Below are positions 1-9,626 of a stretch of DNA of 64,000 bases, one piece after another (the first letter of the stretch is position 1; every line of letters begins with the position of its first letter). A model generated the notes under the pieces. It ran no database searches, was not told where the DNA came from, and was given only the letters and a program-made list of their open reading frames with translations. The stretch comes from an uncultured delta proteobacterium (GTDB lineage Bacteria > Desulfobacterota > Desulfobaccia > Desulfobaccales > 0-14-0-80-60-11), in assembly GCA_963812015.1 (NCBI GenBank), contig CAWETI010000002.1, positions 416,001-480,000 on the forward strand, given 5' to 3'. Made by a program: the position numbers and the translations under genes.

Positions 1-249
1 AGTTATAAAGCTGGTTTTCGAGGTCTTCCATTGTTTCCCAAACGATATGGTTATATTGACGCGTATCGAAGTGAACGTCTTTAAGGTCGTCCTTTCTCAC
101 GCACCATATTACCGGCAATCCCAAACCAAGGGCATATCCTGCTTCAAAGTATACTCCGCGCCGCAAATTGGCCTATAGGACAAATTTTTTCATTTAAATC
201 TTCATTCATTTTTGTTTTGTACCTATCTCTTTTTCATAATTGATCCAGA

Positions 250-2001
250 TTAATCTTCCTCCCTCTCTTCCCCCGGTGCGGCCCAGGCCCAGACCCGGTC
301 CGGCACAAAGCGCCGGGAGGAGCACTGGTTCAGGGCCAGCCGCTCCATGTGCCGCAGCACCTCCATCTGGTGGGGAGGCAGAAAGTCGTCAATCACCCGG
401 TGGAAATCTGCCTGGCTGACTGCTTCCCGGCCCGCCAGGCGCGCCTCGCGGTAGGCCCGGAAGACCAGCTCCTCGATGTCCCCGCCGGTGATCAGCTCCG
501 GGTGCCGAGCCTCCAAGTAGCGGGTGACGTCGGCAAAATCCGGAAAATCGCAGGCAATGTGGCTACGCTTCGCCACCACCGTGAAAATGTGACACTTTTC
601 GGTGAAATCCGGCATGAAGAAGGGGATGCGTTCGCTGGAACGGCCTGAGCGCAGGTCCGCTTTGTCCAGGCGATCCGGGCGGTTGGTAATCCTGATCCAC
701 AGGACCTTGCCCTGGATGGCGGGGTCGCCCATAAAGTCAAAACGCATCTGCCGGAGGCGGTTACCCACCCCCGTATCGCCGGAGTACTCATCCCGGCTGT
801 GCTCGCTCTGGTCGGCTTCGTCTTCCAGGACCACCACGGGGGTGAGACTGCGGAGAGTGGCGAGGGCCTTAAAAAAATTGCGTTCGCTTTCTCCCACCCA
901 CTTAGTCCGGGGATTGAGCAGCTTGACGAAATTAAAGCCCGCATCCCGGGCCAGGGCTTCCGCCAGGGCGGTTTTGCCCACTCCCGGGGGCCCCATCAGG
1001 GTGATGCCCCGGGGGACCAGTTTGTGGTCGCCGGCATGGATGGCCTGGGCAATCTGGCTGAAGTAGGCCTTGATGGGTTCCAACCCGCCGATTTCCTCGA
1101 GGCCGAAGCGGGGTTCGATGACTTCGATGAGCCCCACCAGTTCCTGGCGGAGCAGATCCTTCTTTTTGCGGCGGACCATCTCCGGGGTGAGGGGGGCGCG
1201 CCGGGACTGGCGCAAGAGGGCCTGCAGCACCCTCAGGCTGAGGCCGGCCGCCAGGTTGGCCAATCCCTGGGTGGTCAGTTCCAGGCGGTAGGCGCCGGAA
1301 GACAAGAGATATTCGATAAAATGGAGGCGGTCCGTCTGGTCCGGCGGCGGCACTTCGATGATTTGGGCCCCATGGCGGCTGAGCAGCAGATTGGGGTTCA
1401 ACTCGGCCAGATTGCCGGTGGTCAGGAAAATGAGATGGCCCTGCTCCACCAGTTCCCGCTGCCGGGCCCAGCGCAGCAAGGTCACCAGGGAGGCCCGGTC
1501 CGGCTCCCCCATGGAGCCCAGGTCCACCGCCGGCACGATGGTCTCGGCGTACTCCAGGATCAGGGCCAGGGGCTGGGTCAGGCCGCCCTGCTGGCACGGC
1601 GCGGTCATGACCCGCTCCGCCAGTTGGAGCACTTCCCGGGGACTTTGGGGCAGGGGTTTGGCAGAGGGCGGTTGCCCCAGGGCCCGCAAGGCCCGGGCCC
1701 GGACCCGGGAAACCTCTTCGGCGTCGTCCGCTTCCCGGGGGGGAGGCTCCTCGAGGGCCAGTCTGAAGGCATTTTCCCCCGGGGCGTCCCAGAACTCCAG
1801 CCCCAGGCCGAGATTATAGGAGACCACATGGTGGGTCTGGGCCAGCCATTGACCCAGAAAATGGCGAAACGGCAGGTAAGCCCCATTCACCCGGATATAA
1901 TCGAAGACCTGCCCATGGAGGATAAAGAGGGCCGATTCGCCTTCCTGAAGGTGCTCCGCCAATTCTTGGGCCCATTCCGGGAGGTTTTGCCAGGGCCCCA
2001 T
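250..2001 (-). CDS. AAA+ ATPase (SpoVK/Ycf46/Vps4-like; degenerate N-terminal module plus one active AAA domain)
   Basis: 583 aa; Walker A GPPGVGKT, Walker B VVVLEDE, SRH-like ITNRPDRLD..LRSGR; GAGGAG RBS upstream. Confidence 0.85.
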   Translation of the reverse strand: MGPWQNLPEWAQELAEHLQEGESALFILHGQVFDYIRVNGAYLPFRHFLGQWLAQTHHVVSYNLGLGLEFWDAPGENAFRLALEEPPPREADDAEEVSRVRARALRALGQPPSAKPLPQSPREVLQLAERVMTAPCQQGGLTQPLALILEYAETIVPAVDLGSMGEPDRASLVTLLRWARQRELVEQGHLIFLTTGNLAELNPNLLLSRHGAQIIEVPPPDQTDRLHFIEYLLSSGAYRLELTTQGLANLAAGLSLRVLQALLRQSRRAPLTPEMVRRKKKDLLRQELVGLIEVIEPRFGLEEIGGLEPIKAYFSQIAQAIHAGDHKLVPRGITLMGPPGVGKTALAEALARDAGFNFVKLLNPRTKWVGESERNFFKALATLRSLTPVVVLEDEADQSEHSRDEYSGDTGVGNRLRQMRFDFMGDPAIQGKVLWIRITNRPDRLDKADLRSGRSSERIPFFMPDFTEKCHIFTVVAKRSHIACDFPDFADVTRYLEARHPELITGGDIEELVFRAYREARLAGREAVSQADFHRVIDDFLPPHQMEVLRHMERLALNQCSSRRFVPDRVWAWAAPGEEREED

Positions 2002-2164
2002 AGATGCTCCTCGCTGGTTGAATGGCCTGGAGTGGGGGAGGAGAGCGATCGTTACCTGCTCAGGCCGCTGCTCCCGCCCCGTCGCATATTTTGGACACCT
2101 ACCGTCAAGGCCGGCTCGATTGCCTAGTGGGGATGGTAATTAAGGTGAATAGACTTAGGGCCTA

Positions 2165-2671
2165 TTACAGCAAGGGTTCGATCAATTTCATGAAAACGGC
2201 TTTTTTCCGGGTGCCCTCGATCCTTTGGGCGATGTTGCCCTGCTTGTCGATGATTACGGTGGTGGGCACGACCGCGATGCTCCCATAGGCATCGCTCACC
2301 TTGTCATTGCCGATGAGCACCGGGTATTGCAGGCCCAATTGTTTCACCAGGAACCGGATTTGGGTAGGGTCGGAGCTCAGGGCGATCCCGAAGGTTTGCA
2401 GGCCCTTGCCCTTGAGTTCGTCATTGATCTTGCTCAGGTCCGGCATCTCATCCCGACACGGACCGCAAAAAAAGGTGAAAAAGTTGAGCACGACCACCTT
2501 GCCTTTGAACTGGCTGAGGGAGTAATCTTTGCCCGTGAGCACGTCTTTTAGGGTAAAGTCAGGGGCAGATTTTTCGGCCCCCCAGCCTGGAGACGCCAAG
2601 GCCAGGACGCAGACGGCTACCAGCAGCATCCGAGCGGTGGTCCAGGAAATGCGAAATGACTTTTGAGCCAT
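2165..2671 (-). CDS. TlpA/ResA-family thiol-disulfide oxidoreductase, exported
   Basis: CGPC motif, APDFTL...GKVVVLNFF, VPTT; signal peptide; start moved to ATG 2671 after an AAGGAGG RBS. Confidence 0.85.
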   Translation of the reverse strand: MAQKSFRISWTTARMLLVAVCVLALASPGWGAEKSAPDFTLKDVLTGKDYSLSQFKGKVVVLNFFTFFCGPCRDEMPDLSKINDELKGKGLQTFGIALSSDPTQIRFLVKQLGLQYPVLIGNDKVSDAYGSIAVVPTTVIIDKQGNIAQRIEGTRKKAVFMKLIEPLL

Positions 2672-2908
2672 TACAACCCTCCTTGCTCTGAGGATAAAGT
2701 GCCTCTTTTCTGCCTTAACCATATCAAAAAGGCCCCCAGCCTGCAATTTTTTACTCGGAGGAGAAAACCGGCGGCCTTCGCCCCTCTGGCCCTCAGAAAT
2801 GGCCTGCCCGAAATTTTCTCCGGGTTGACATCTCTTACCCGCAATCTTACCTATTTTCTATGAGTGAGCTCATAAATGTCTAAAAACACCAGGAAGGAGT
2901 CGAAGCTT

Positions 2909-3355
2909 ATGCGCAAGCACTGTAGGTTTTTGAGTCTGGTCATGGCAGGCATCTTGCTGTGCGCGGCGGCCGCGGCCCAGGCCGATGACAACCCCATCTA
3001 TCCCATCGGTGAAGTGACCATTGAAGCCAGGCAGGTGGCCGCCGGGGTGGGCTATAGTTGGGGTGACGGCGTGATGAAATTCCAGGGCAAAGAGTATCGT
3101 TTCACCGTCAAGGGCCTCAATGTCGCGGCAGTGGGGATTGCGAAGATCAACGCCGTCGGGGACGTCTACAATCTGAAAACGGCCGGGGATTTGGCCGGTA
3201 AATATGTGTCGGTGAGCGCCGGCCTGAGCCTGGCCAAGGGCGCCTCCGGCTTGAGCATGAGGAACAACCAAGGGGTGGTCATCAACCTGAGGGCGGCCCA
3301 GCAGGGGGTGCAACTGAATCTGGGGGTGGATGGCTTCGTCATCGAGATGAAATAG
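2909..3355 (+). CDS. Exported DUF1134/EipA-like protein
   Basis: Signal peptide; GVGYSWGDG and beta-rich MRNNQGVVINL pattern; AGGAG RBS before ATG 2909. Confidence 0.6.
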   Translation: MRKHCRFLSLVMAGILLCAAAAAQADDNPIYPIGEVTIEARQVAAGVGYSWGDGVMKFQGKEYRFTVKGLNVAAVGIAKINAVGDVYNLKTAGDLAGKYVSVSAGLSLAKGASGLSMRNNQGVVINLRAAQQGVQLNLGVDGFVIEMK

Positions 3356-3407
3356 GGCTCTCACCGATTACGGGCACACCCAATCTTGTCAGGCCAGGGG
3401 CTTGGCG

Positions 3408-3439
3408 GCGGGCGATGGAGAACATCGCCCGTTTTTTTT
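3408..3439 (+). terminator. Rho-independent terminator
   Basis: GCGGGCGATG-GAGAA-CATCGCCCGT hairpin followed by a T-tract. Confidence 0.8.
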
Positions 3440-3488
3440 GCGCGGCCGCGAGGTTTTCTCTGGTCCGCTCCGGTTCAGCGGCATTGCC

Positions 3489-4379
3489 CTATCCTCCGGC
3501 CGCGCCCTCCGGCTTGTCCAGGGTGGGGCCGACGGCGATGCGCAAACCGGCGCCGGCCTGCTCCAGGAAACCCTCCTGAATCAGGGTGTGGATGAGCCCG
3601 GTGGTGCGAGCCGGGCTTTTCCCCAGGGTGTCCACCAGGGCCTCGACGGAGAGAGCTGGGGTTGCCAGGAGGGTTTTGAGGATCAGGCCCCGGATCTGGC
3701 GATCGGAATCGGCAAAGGGGGCCTGGCGTTGGTGGTGGGCACTCCTCCGGTTGGGGTTGGGGGCGGCGCGCTTGAGCATGGCCCCGTAATCCATCAGGGC
3801 ATAGTACCAGAGGCGCGGCTGCTCCCGGTCCAAGATCTGGTCCACCAGGGGCAGGATCTCCCGATCCTTCACCCCGGTGCGGCCGGGAAAGAAGCAGTGG
3901 AGGAAGACCCGGCGAATGTTGGTCTCGATGAACACCACCGGCTGGTTGAAGGCGAAGGCGGCCAGGGCCCCGGCGGTGGCCTCGCCAATCCCGGGAAAGG
4001 TGCGGAGGGTCGCAACCGCGGCGGGGAGGCGCCCGCCGAACTCCGCCACCACCCGTTGGGCGAGGCGCTGCAGGGCCAGGGCCCGGCGGTTGTAACCCAG
4101 CCCCTGCCACCTGCCCATGATCTCCCGCAGGGGGGCCCGGGCCAGGGACAGCAGGTCGGGGAAGGCCTTGATAAAGGGCTCATACTTGAGGGCGACGCGC
4201 TCCACCTGGGTCTGTTGCAGCATGATTTCGGAGACGAGGATGTGATAAGGGTCAGCCGTGTCCCGCCAGGGCATCCGGCGCCCCTGGTCATGAAAAAACC
4301 GGTATATGTGCCGGCGGAAGCGGCGGACGGCGGCGGGAGTGACCCGGCTCGCCTCGAAGGTCTCGGCAAAGGGCTCCAC
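3489..4379 (-). CDS. mutY: A/G-specific adenine glycosylase (short MutY type)
   Basis: MPWR..DPYHILVSEIMLQQTQV, WQGLGYNRRA, HhH PGIG..TA, ALMDYG. Confidence 0.9.
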   Translation of the reverse strand: MEPFAETFEASRVTPAAVRRFRRHIYRFFHDQGRRMPWRDTADPYHILVSEIMLQQTQVERVALKYEPFIKAFPDLLSLARAPLREIMGRWQGLGYNRRALALQRLAQRVVAEFGGRLPAAVATLRTFPGIGEATAGALAAFAFNQPVVFIETNIRRVFLHCFFPGRTGVKDREILPLVDQILDREQPRLWYYALMDYGAMLKRAAPNPNRRSAHHQRQAPFADSDRQIRGLILKTLLATPALSVEALVDTLGKSPARTTGLIHTLIQEGFLEQAGAGLRIAVGPTLDKPEGAAGG

Positions 4380-4995
4380 GCTTAAGGTTCTCCGGTGAGG
4401 CTGGTTTTCGCAGGGGCCCGGCCCTGAAAGCGCAGTCGCTCATGAGCCTGGGGCTCACCCGTAAATCATGAAAAGCTGCTCAGGGCAGGGCCTGCCGTGC
4501 CCCCTCGTAACGTCGATCCCGGCGTAGGAGCACCGGGCGCGGTGCCCCCGGAAAATCGCCCGAGGAACTTTTCTTAACAGGGAACTCTCTTGCCAGATGA
4601 TACCTCAGTTCGGCCGGCGGCAAAAGGGCCGGCGGCGATTCAGCCCTTAAGGCGCTGTTTTCGCACCATTTCCCCGGCAGGGCGCTGAAGTCGCCAGGGC
4701 CAGGGCTTCCCAAGCCCGGCGGCATGGCGGCATGATCACCCGCTGGCAGGCTGTAACCGGCCAGCCGGAGGGAGATCGCTGGCCGGGGCATAGGCAACGA
4801 GCTTCAAGGGGGCCAGGCGCCATCTCATTTGGTTAAAAACTATTTTAATTATATTAATTATTTTTGTAACCTTCCGGGCCGCGGTGGCGACACTAAAGGT
4901 AAGGATGCTTGATACCCGCGCGCCATCCGTAACCCCGGTGATGCAAACCGGAACCTGCACGGATCAAGGATCATGACCTTCAGGGAGGAAACAGA

Positions 4996-5643
4996 ATGAG
5001 CATCAAGATTCTGATTGTCGATGATCACCAGATCACCAGAGAGGGCATTCGCAGCATGCTGGAACGAGAACCAGACATGAAAGTTTTGGGAGAGGCTGAG
5101 GATGGTCGCTCTGCCACGAGAATGGCAAGGGAATTAGGCCCGGACATCATAGTGATGGATGTATGTATGCCTGAGATGAACGGCATCTTGGCCACGAGCG
5201 TAATCATTGCCGAGTCCCCCAAGATAAAGGTGCTCGCCCTCTCTATGCTCGCAGATAGGCGATTTGTCTATAATATGTTGCGGGCTGGTGCGTCAGGGTA
5301 TCTGATCAAGGATTGTTCTTTCAAGGAGTTGGTCCGAGCCATTCGCGTGGTGATGGCAAATAGAACTTACCTCAGCCCTGGAATAATGGATGTGGTAGTG
5401 AAAGACTACGTGAAGCCTTCGGCCTATTCCGATTCGCCATCTTCCTCCAATTTAACTATCCGCGAAAGTGAAGTGTTGCAGATGGTCGCTGAAGGGCATT
5501 CTACCTCTCAAATTGCCAAGCGTCTGCATTTGAGCGTAAAGACCATAGAGACTCATCGGCAAAAACTTATCGCAAAAATAAATGCCAAAGGCATTGCCGG
5601 GCTCACCAAATATGCCATTCGGGAGGGATTGACTTCTGCATGA
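4996..5643 (+). CDS. NarL/FixJ-family response regulator (REC + LuxR HTH)
   Basis: ILIVDDH, phospho-acceptor MD, GYLIK, LTIRESEVL...SVKTIETHR. Confidence 0.92.
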   Translation: MSIKILIVDDHQITREGIRSMLEREPDMKVLGEAEDGRSATRMARELGPDIIVMDVCMPEMNGILATSVIIAESPKIKVLALSMLADRRFVYNMLRAGASGYLIKDCSFKELVRAIRVVMANRTYLSPGIMDVVVKDYVKPSAYSDSPSSSNLTIRESEVLQMVAEGHSTSQIAKRLHLSVKTIETHRQKLIAKINAKGIAGLTKYAIREGLTSA

Positions 5644-5776
5644 ATTAGTGCATTATGGTTGGGAAAAGATAGGGTTGGTTCGAAATCAGACTCTTTTTGG
5701 TAAGCGAGAGTATCCGGCCTTATTGTGGTCCGTCTTTTCCAAGTGGGGCCACAATCTTATTTTTTCCCCTGTCGAG

Positions 5777-6367
5777 ATGAACTTCACAGACAATGCTCCT
5801 GACGATGCCTTGGTTATCGATAATATCCTTAGGGGGAATATTAACTCCTTTGAAATTTTGATGGACAGATACCAAGACCATGTGTCTCGAATCGTCAGGA
5901 ACCATGTACCCAGGGATTACGCGCCGGAAGTGGCCCACGAAACCTTTGTCCAGGCCTACCAATCTTTAGGAGGTTTTAAAGAAACCGGTCCGTTTAAACA
6001 CTGGCTTTCCAAAATTGCCATAAGGTGTTGCCATGATTTCTGGCGTGGTTATTATCAAAAACAGGAGAACCGGGTGTGTCCCCTCCCCGATGATTGCCGA
6101 GACTGGGTTGACCATCTTCTATCGGATCAATCGGCGGAGCGGGACGCGGAGAGGGTGGAGGCCAGGGATCTGTTGGAGTGGGGCTTGGGTCAATTGTCGG
6201 CTTCGGAAAGAACGGTGCTGACCCTGACCCACCTGAATGAATACTCGGCGACCGAGGCGGCGGAACTTCTGGATTGGAGCGTCATCAGGATAAAGGTCCA
6301 ATCTTACCGGGCCCGGAAGAAGCTCCGGAAGATTCTTGGGAAAATTCTCCCCCAAGGGATAGCATGA
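5777..6367 (+). CDS. ECF RNA polymerase sigma-70 factor
   Basis: Region 2 (EVAHETFVQAY...FKHWLSKIA) and region 4 (AELLDWS...KVQSYRARKKL); start uncertain (5648 or 5777). Confidence 0.85.
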   Translation: MNFTDNAPDDALVIDNILRGNINSFEILMDRYQDHVSRIVRNHVPRDYAPEVAHETFVQAYQSLGGFKETGPFKHWLSKIAIRCCHDFWRGYYQKQENRVCPLPDDCRDWVDHLLSDQSAERDAERVEARDLLEWGLGQLSASERTVLTLTHLNEYSATEAAELLDWSVIRIKVQSYRARKKLRKILGKILPQGIA

Positions 6368-6981
6368 AGCCCTCCAAAAAACACCTGGATAAAATAGAAG
6401 AAGCGCTGATTGCGGTTTACCGTAAGCAGGAGGATCCCCAATTCCCTCCGGACTGGCGGCAACAGGTGATGCAGGATATCAGTTCGATGGCCGGGCCCAC
6501 GGCTTTTCCCCAAGAAAAGAAGATCAGGACCATGATCCCCAGGAGAATCGGGGTCCTTGCCGGGGTGGCCCTGGCCGCCATCGTGGGGTGGCTGATCCTG
6601 GCAAACCTGGACTGGTATGATCCCTGGATCACTTTGAAACCAGACCTGGCCGCTCTGGAATCCCACGGGGCGTTCTGGCTGGAAGCCGGAGATATAGATA
6701 GCGGGTTAAGGAGCGTCAAGGTGATCGTTGTCCAGAAGGAAGTGCGAGCGGAAGTGCTGTCCAAAGACCTTGAACCTCCAGGGGGGATTTGGGCCGGCAC
6801 AAGCCATGCGGTCAAAAAAGCAGATTTCCCTTTGGAGGTGGATGCCCAGGCCTTAGGACTGCACGAAGGGAAGGCCACCATCGTCGTTACGGTTCGTGAC
6901 TTATCCTGGAGAAACTGGTTTAAAGGACGGGCCACCACCCTGAAAAGGGAAATGGTTATTTATTATAAAAAATCCCCCTGA
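6364..6981 (+). CDS. Putative single-pass anti-sigma factor with periplasmic beta domain
   Basis: ATG overlaps the sigma stop; short N-terminal cytoplasmic segment, one TM helix, then a domain with DSGLRSV...DLSWRNWFKG. Confidence 0.55.
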   Translation: MKPSKKHLDKIEEALIAVYRKQEDPQFPPDWRQQVMQDISSMAGPTAFPQEKKIRTMIPRRIGVLAGVALAAIVGWLILANLDWYDPWITLKPDLAALESHGAFWLEAGDIDSGLRSVKVIVVQKEVRAEVLSKDLEPPGGIWAGTSHAVKKADFPLEVDAQALGLHEGKATIVVTVRDLSWRNWFKGRATTLKREMVIYYKKSP

Positions 6982-7083
6982 ATTGAAGTGAACCACCCGT
7001 ATAATCGTTATCTCTAACCCTCCCATACACAGGTTCTTGGTTTTGGCTTTTGGCAAAGATAGGCGGCTTGCAAAAAGACGGCC

Positions 7084-7281
7084 TCAAGCCGGGGACCGCC
7101 CCGGGGCCTGGCCCTCCGGGGAGCCGCTCCGGTCTTCGCATTGACACGGTCCGTGCTTGTGGACCAGTCGGTTGAGCCTGGCGCAATAAAGCGCCGCAAA
7201 GGTTCTGCAGGACCCGGACCCATCAACCGCCTCAGTCCGGGGAAATGAGGCATGCTCACAAGATAAGTCACACCACTTCAC
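7084..7281 (-). CDS. Small Cys-rich hypothetical protein (65 aa, MKWCDLSCEHASFP...)
   Basis: AGGAGG RBS then GTG 7281; six Cys; this is the likely real part of track ORF 7084..7938. Confidence 0.6.
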   Translation of the reverse strand: MKWCDLSCEHASFPRTEAVDGSGSCRTFAALYCARLNRLVHKHGPCQCEDRSGSPEGQAPGRSPA

Positions 7282-7552
7282 GGGGTTCCCTCCTGCCACC
7301 CGTTGATTTAGCCGCATCATCTGCCAAAAATCAAGTTTTTTACTCCGGTCGGGACACCTTGAGCGGTGGGAGACCCACCGACCCCGCGGCCCGGGGTGGC
7401 GGGCAGCCCCAGCAGCATCATCCGGTTGCTTAAAGCCGGCTGAGATTTTCTCGATTTTTTCTGAACCAGGTTGTAGAATACCCCAGGCACGGTTACAATC
7501 AAAAAACATCGGAGTAAGGCCTCGGATAACCGGCCTCAAACCACCGCCGACC

Positions 7553-8812
7553 ATGATTTCGCCCATGACGAAACCGCCTGACCGCCTCAATGGTTCGATG
7601 ATATTGCACCTGATCAATGCCGCCGGCCGTCGGTTTGTGGGAAATGGGCTCAAATGGCTGAGCCTGGATGAACAGCTCCTGCTGGACAGGGCCTGCGAAG
7701 GCACCGGCCTGGATGACTTCGGAGACGACTCGTTCCGGGAAGGCTTGAGGGTCTTGTTACGGTCATATGAACTCGACGCCGAGTTCAGCTTTGTGGGCCG
7801 CATCTGCGTCAACGGCGACACGGTCCGGTTGCTGAGCAACCGGCTCCGGCTGGTGGCGGACCGCCGGCGCCATCCGGGCATTGCGGCTGAAGTCATCCGA
7901 CGGCCGCTGTTCATTACCGGGCTGCCCCGTAGCGGCACGACCTTTTTGCACGCCCTGCTGGCCCAGGACCCGGCCCATCGCGCCCCCCAGGTTTGGGAAG
8001 TGATGCACCCGTCCCCCCCGCCCGAAAAAGCGTCCTACGCCACCGATCCCCGCATCGCCACCACGGATAGGCAACTGAAGTGGGTCGACATCCTGATGCC
8101 GGATTTCAAAAAGGTGCACATGATCGGCGCCAGGCTGCCCCAAGAGTGCATCGCCATTACCAGCCACGACTTCCGCAGTTATTCCTTCGAAACCATGGCG
8201 GCGGTGCATTCCTACCGGGCCTGGCACGACCGCCAGGACAAGCGCCCCGAATATGAGTTTCACCGGCAATTCCTGCAACACTTGCAGTGGCGCTGCCCCG
8301 GCCAAAGGTGGGTGCTCAAGGCGCCCGGCCACCTGCTGGCCCTGGAGGCGCTGTTGCAGGTCTATCCCGATGCCTGCGTCCTGATGACGCATCGCGACCC
8401 CCTTAAGGTCCTGGCTTCGTGCGCCAGCTTCACCGAGGTATTGCGGAGCGCCTTCAGCGATCGGGTGGACAAGGTGTCGATGGCCCGGCAAGTGGGGCAA
8501 CGGTGGGAAGAAGGCGCCGGGCTGGCGGTGAAGTATCGGCAGGCAGGGAACCTGGGGGGCCAGTTGTTTGACGTCCAGTACTTAGAATTGGTGCGGGACC
8601 CCATCTCCATGGCGCGGCGCATTTATGAACATTTCGACCTGGAGTTGACCGCGGCGGCGGAAACGGCTATGCAGCGGTTTCTGGCGGAGAACCCCCAGAA
8701 CAAAGGCGGGGTGCACCGCTATTCCCTGGAAGAATTCGGGTTTAACCGCGAGGAGGAAAGACGTCGCTTTCAAGCCTACCTGGATTGTTTCGGCATTGAG
8801 CCGGAGAGCTGA
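7553..8812 (+). CDS. PAPS-dependent sulfotransferase (Sulfotransfer_3 type)
   Basis: 5'-PSB motif ITGLPRSGTT, WVLKAPGHL, THRDP...S. Confidence 0.88.
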   Translation: MISPMTKPPDRLNGSMILHLINAAGRRFVGNGLKWLSLDEQLLLDRACEGTGLDDFGDDSFREGLRVLLRSYELDAEFSFVGRICVNGDTVRLLSNRLRLVADRRRHPGIAAEVIRRPLFITGLPRSGTTFLHALLAQDPAHRAPQVWEVMHPSPPPEKASYATDPRIATTDRQLKWVDILMPDFKKVHMIGARLPQECIAITSHDFRSYSFETMAAVHSYRAWHDRQDKRPEYEFHRQFLQHLQWRCPGQRWVLKAPGHLLALEALLQVYPDACVLMTHRDPLKVLASCASFTEVLRSAFSDRVDKVSMARQVGQRWEEGAGLAVKYRQAGNLGGQLFDVQYLELVRDPISMARRIYEHFDLELTAAAETAMQRFLAENPQNKGGVHRYSLEEFGFNREEERRRFQAYLDCFGIEPES

Positions 8813-8889
8813 TGAACCGGGGGGCGGGGGGAGGGTGGTAAATCGGGGCGCGACCGGCAGGTTCAGGCCCCATCGTACCTCAGACCAGC

Positions 8890-8916
8890 AAAAAGCGGCC
8901 GCAAGGCCGCTTTTTT
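8890..8916. terminator. Bidirectional Rho-independent terminator
   Basis: AAAAAGCGGCC-GCAA-GGCCGCTTTTTT between convergent genes. Confidence 0.85.
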
Positions 8917-8919
8917 GGA

Positions 8920-9151
8920 TCAGTGGGGTTGGGCCGGACCGGCCGGGTCGGTCTCGGGCAGGCTATCCAGGTCTGAGGCGTCAGTCCCCAGTATCTCTTC
9001 GGCCCCCAGCATCTCTTCCGACCCGGGCATCCCCTCCTCGGCTTCCGACAACGGGGCTTTGCCCTGGCGGCGTTTCATCTTGTCGTCGTTCTTCTGTTTC
9101 CGGGCTAATTCTTTGGCGCGCTTTTTGCCAGCCGTAACGATTTCGGGCCAA
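8920..9151 (-). pseudogene. Small basic/acidic protein downstream of csp, with a +1 frameshift in an A5 run
   Basis: GGAGGA RBS then TTG; MARNRYGWQK continues as RAKELARKQKNDDKMKRRQGK... only if one A is removed at 9122-9126. Confidence 0.55.
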
Positions 9152-9232
9152 ATTGATCCTCCCTGGGGCTTAAAATGCCAGAACTCCGGAAGTCCGGAGA
9201 CCGCCGGAGTTCTGACTCTCAGGCTTTGCAGT

Positions 9233-9436
9233 CTAGAGTTTTACCACGTTTTGGGCCTGAGCCCCTTTGGGACCCTGGACCACCTCAAACTCCACTTCCT
9301 GGTCTTCCGCCAGGGAGCGGAAGCCGTCGCCCTGGATGGCACTGTGATGCACAAATACATCCGGACCGCTCTCCCGGGTGATGAAGCCAAAGCCCTTGGA
9401 GTCATTAAACCATTTTACTCTGCCAGTTTCCTTCAT
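9233..9436 (-). CDS. csp: Cold-shock protein (CspA family)
   Basis: GRVKWFN..KGFGFI (RNP1), DVFVHHSAI (RNP2). Confidence 0.97.
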   Translation of the reverse strand: MKETGRVKWFNDSKGFGFITRESGPDVFVHHSAIQGDGFRSLAEDQEVEFEVVQGPKGAQAQNVVKL

Positions 9437-9598
9437 TGCTGAAAAACCTCCTACGGATGCTACAGTAATTTTCCCGCTAAAAAAGCAGGGAGCCAGCAGT
9501 CAGGCAAAAAAAAATCGGCAGAGGACTTAGCATCCCCGTCCGATTTCCGTCCAGGACTTATGGCCCTGCTTTCAGTCTGACATGCTAAACTTCATTAA

Positions 9599-9626
9599 AT
9601 TTTATCAAAGAATTAACGCTTGTCAA
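9599..9626 (-). promoter_or_regulatory. Sigma70 promoter for csp
   Basis: TTGACA-16 nt-TAAAAT on the minus strand, about 160 nt upstream of the ATG. Confidence 0.6.

Noticed and set aside
799..2127. Long + strand ORF of 442 aa, and similar ones such as 36006-37967, 21599-22465 and 60174-61070
   Set aside because: Antisense shadows of well-supported genes in GC-rich DNA; no motifs
4410..4480. Possible REP/MITE (CATGAGCCTGGGGCTCACC...CATG)
   Set aside because: Single copy in the window; cannot be supported as a repeat
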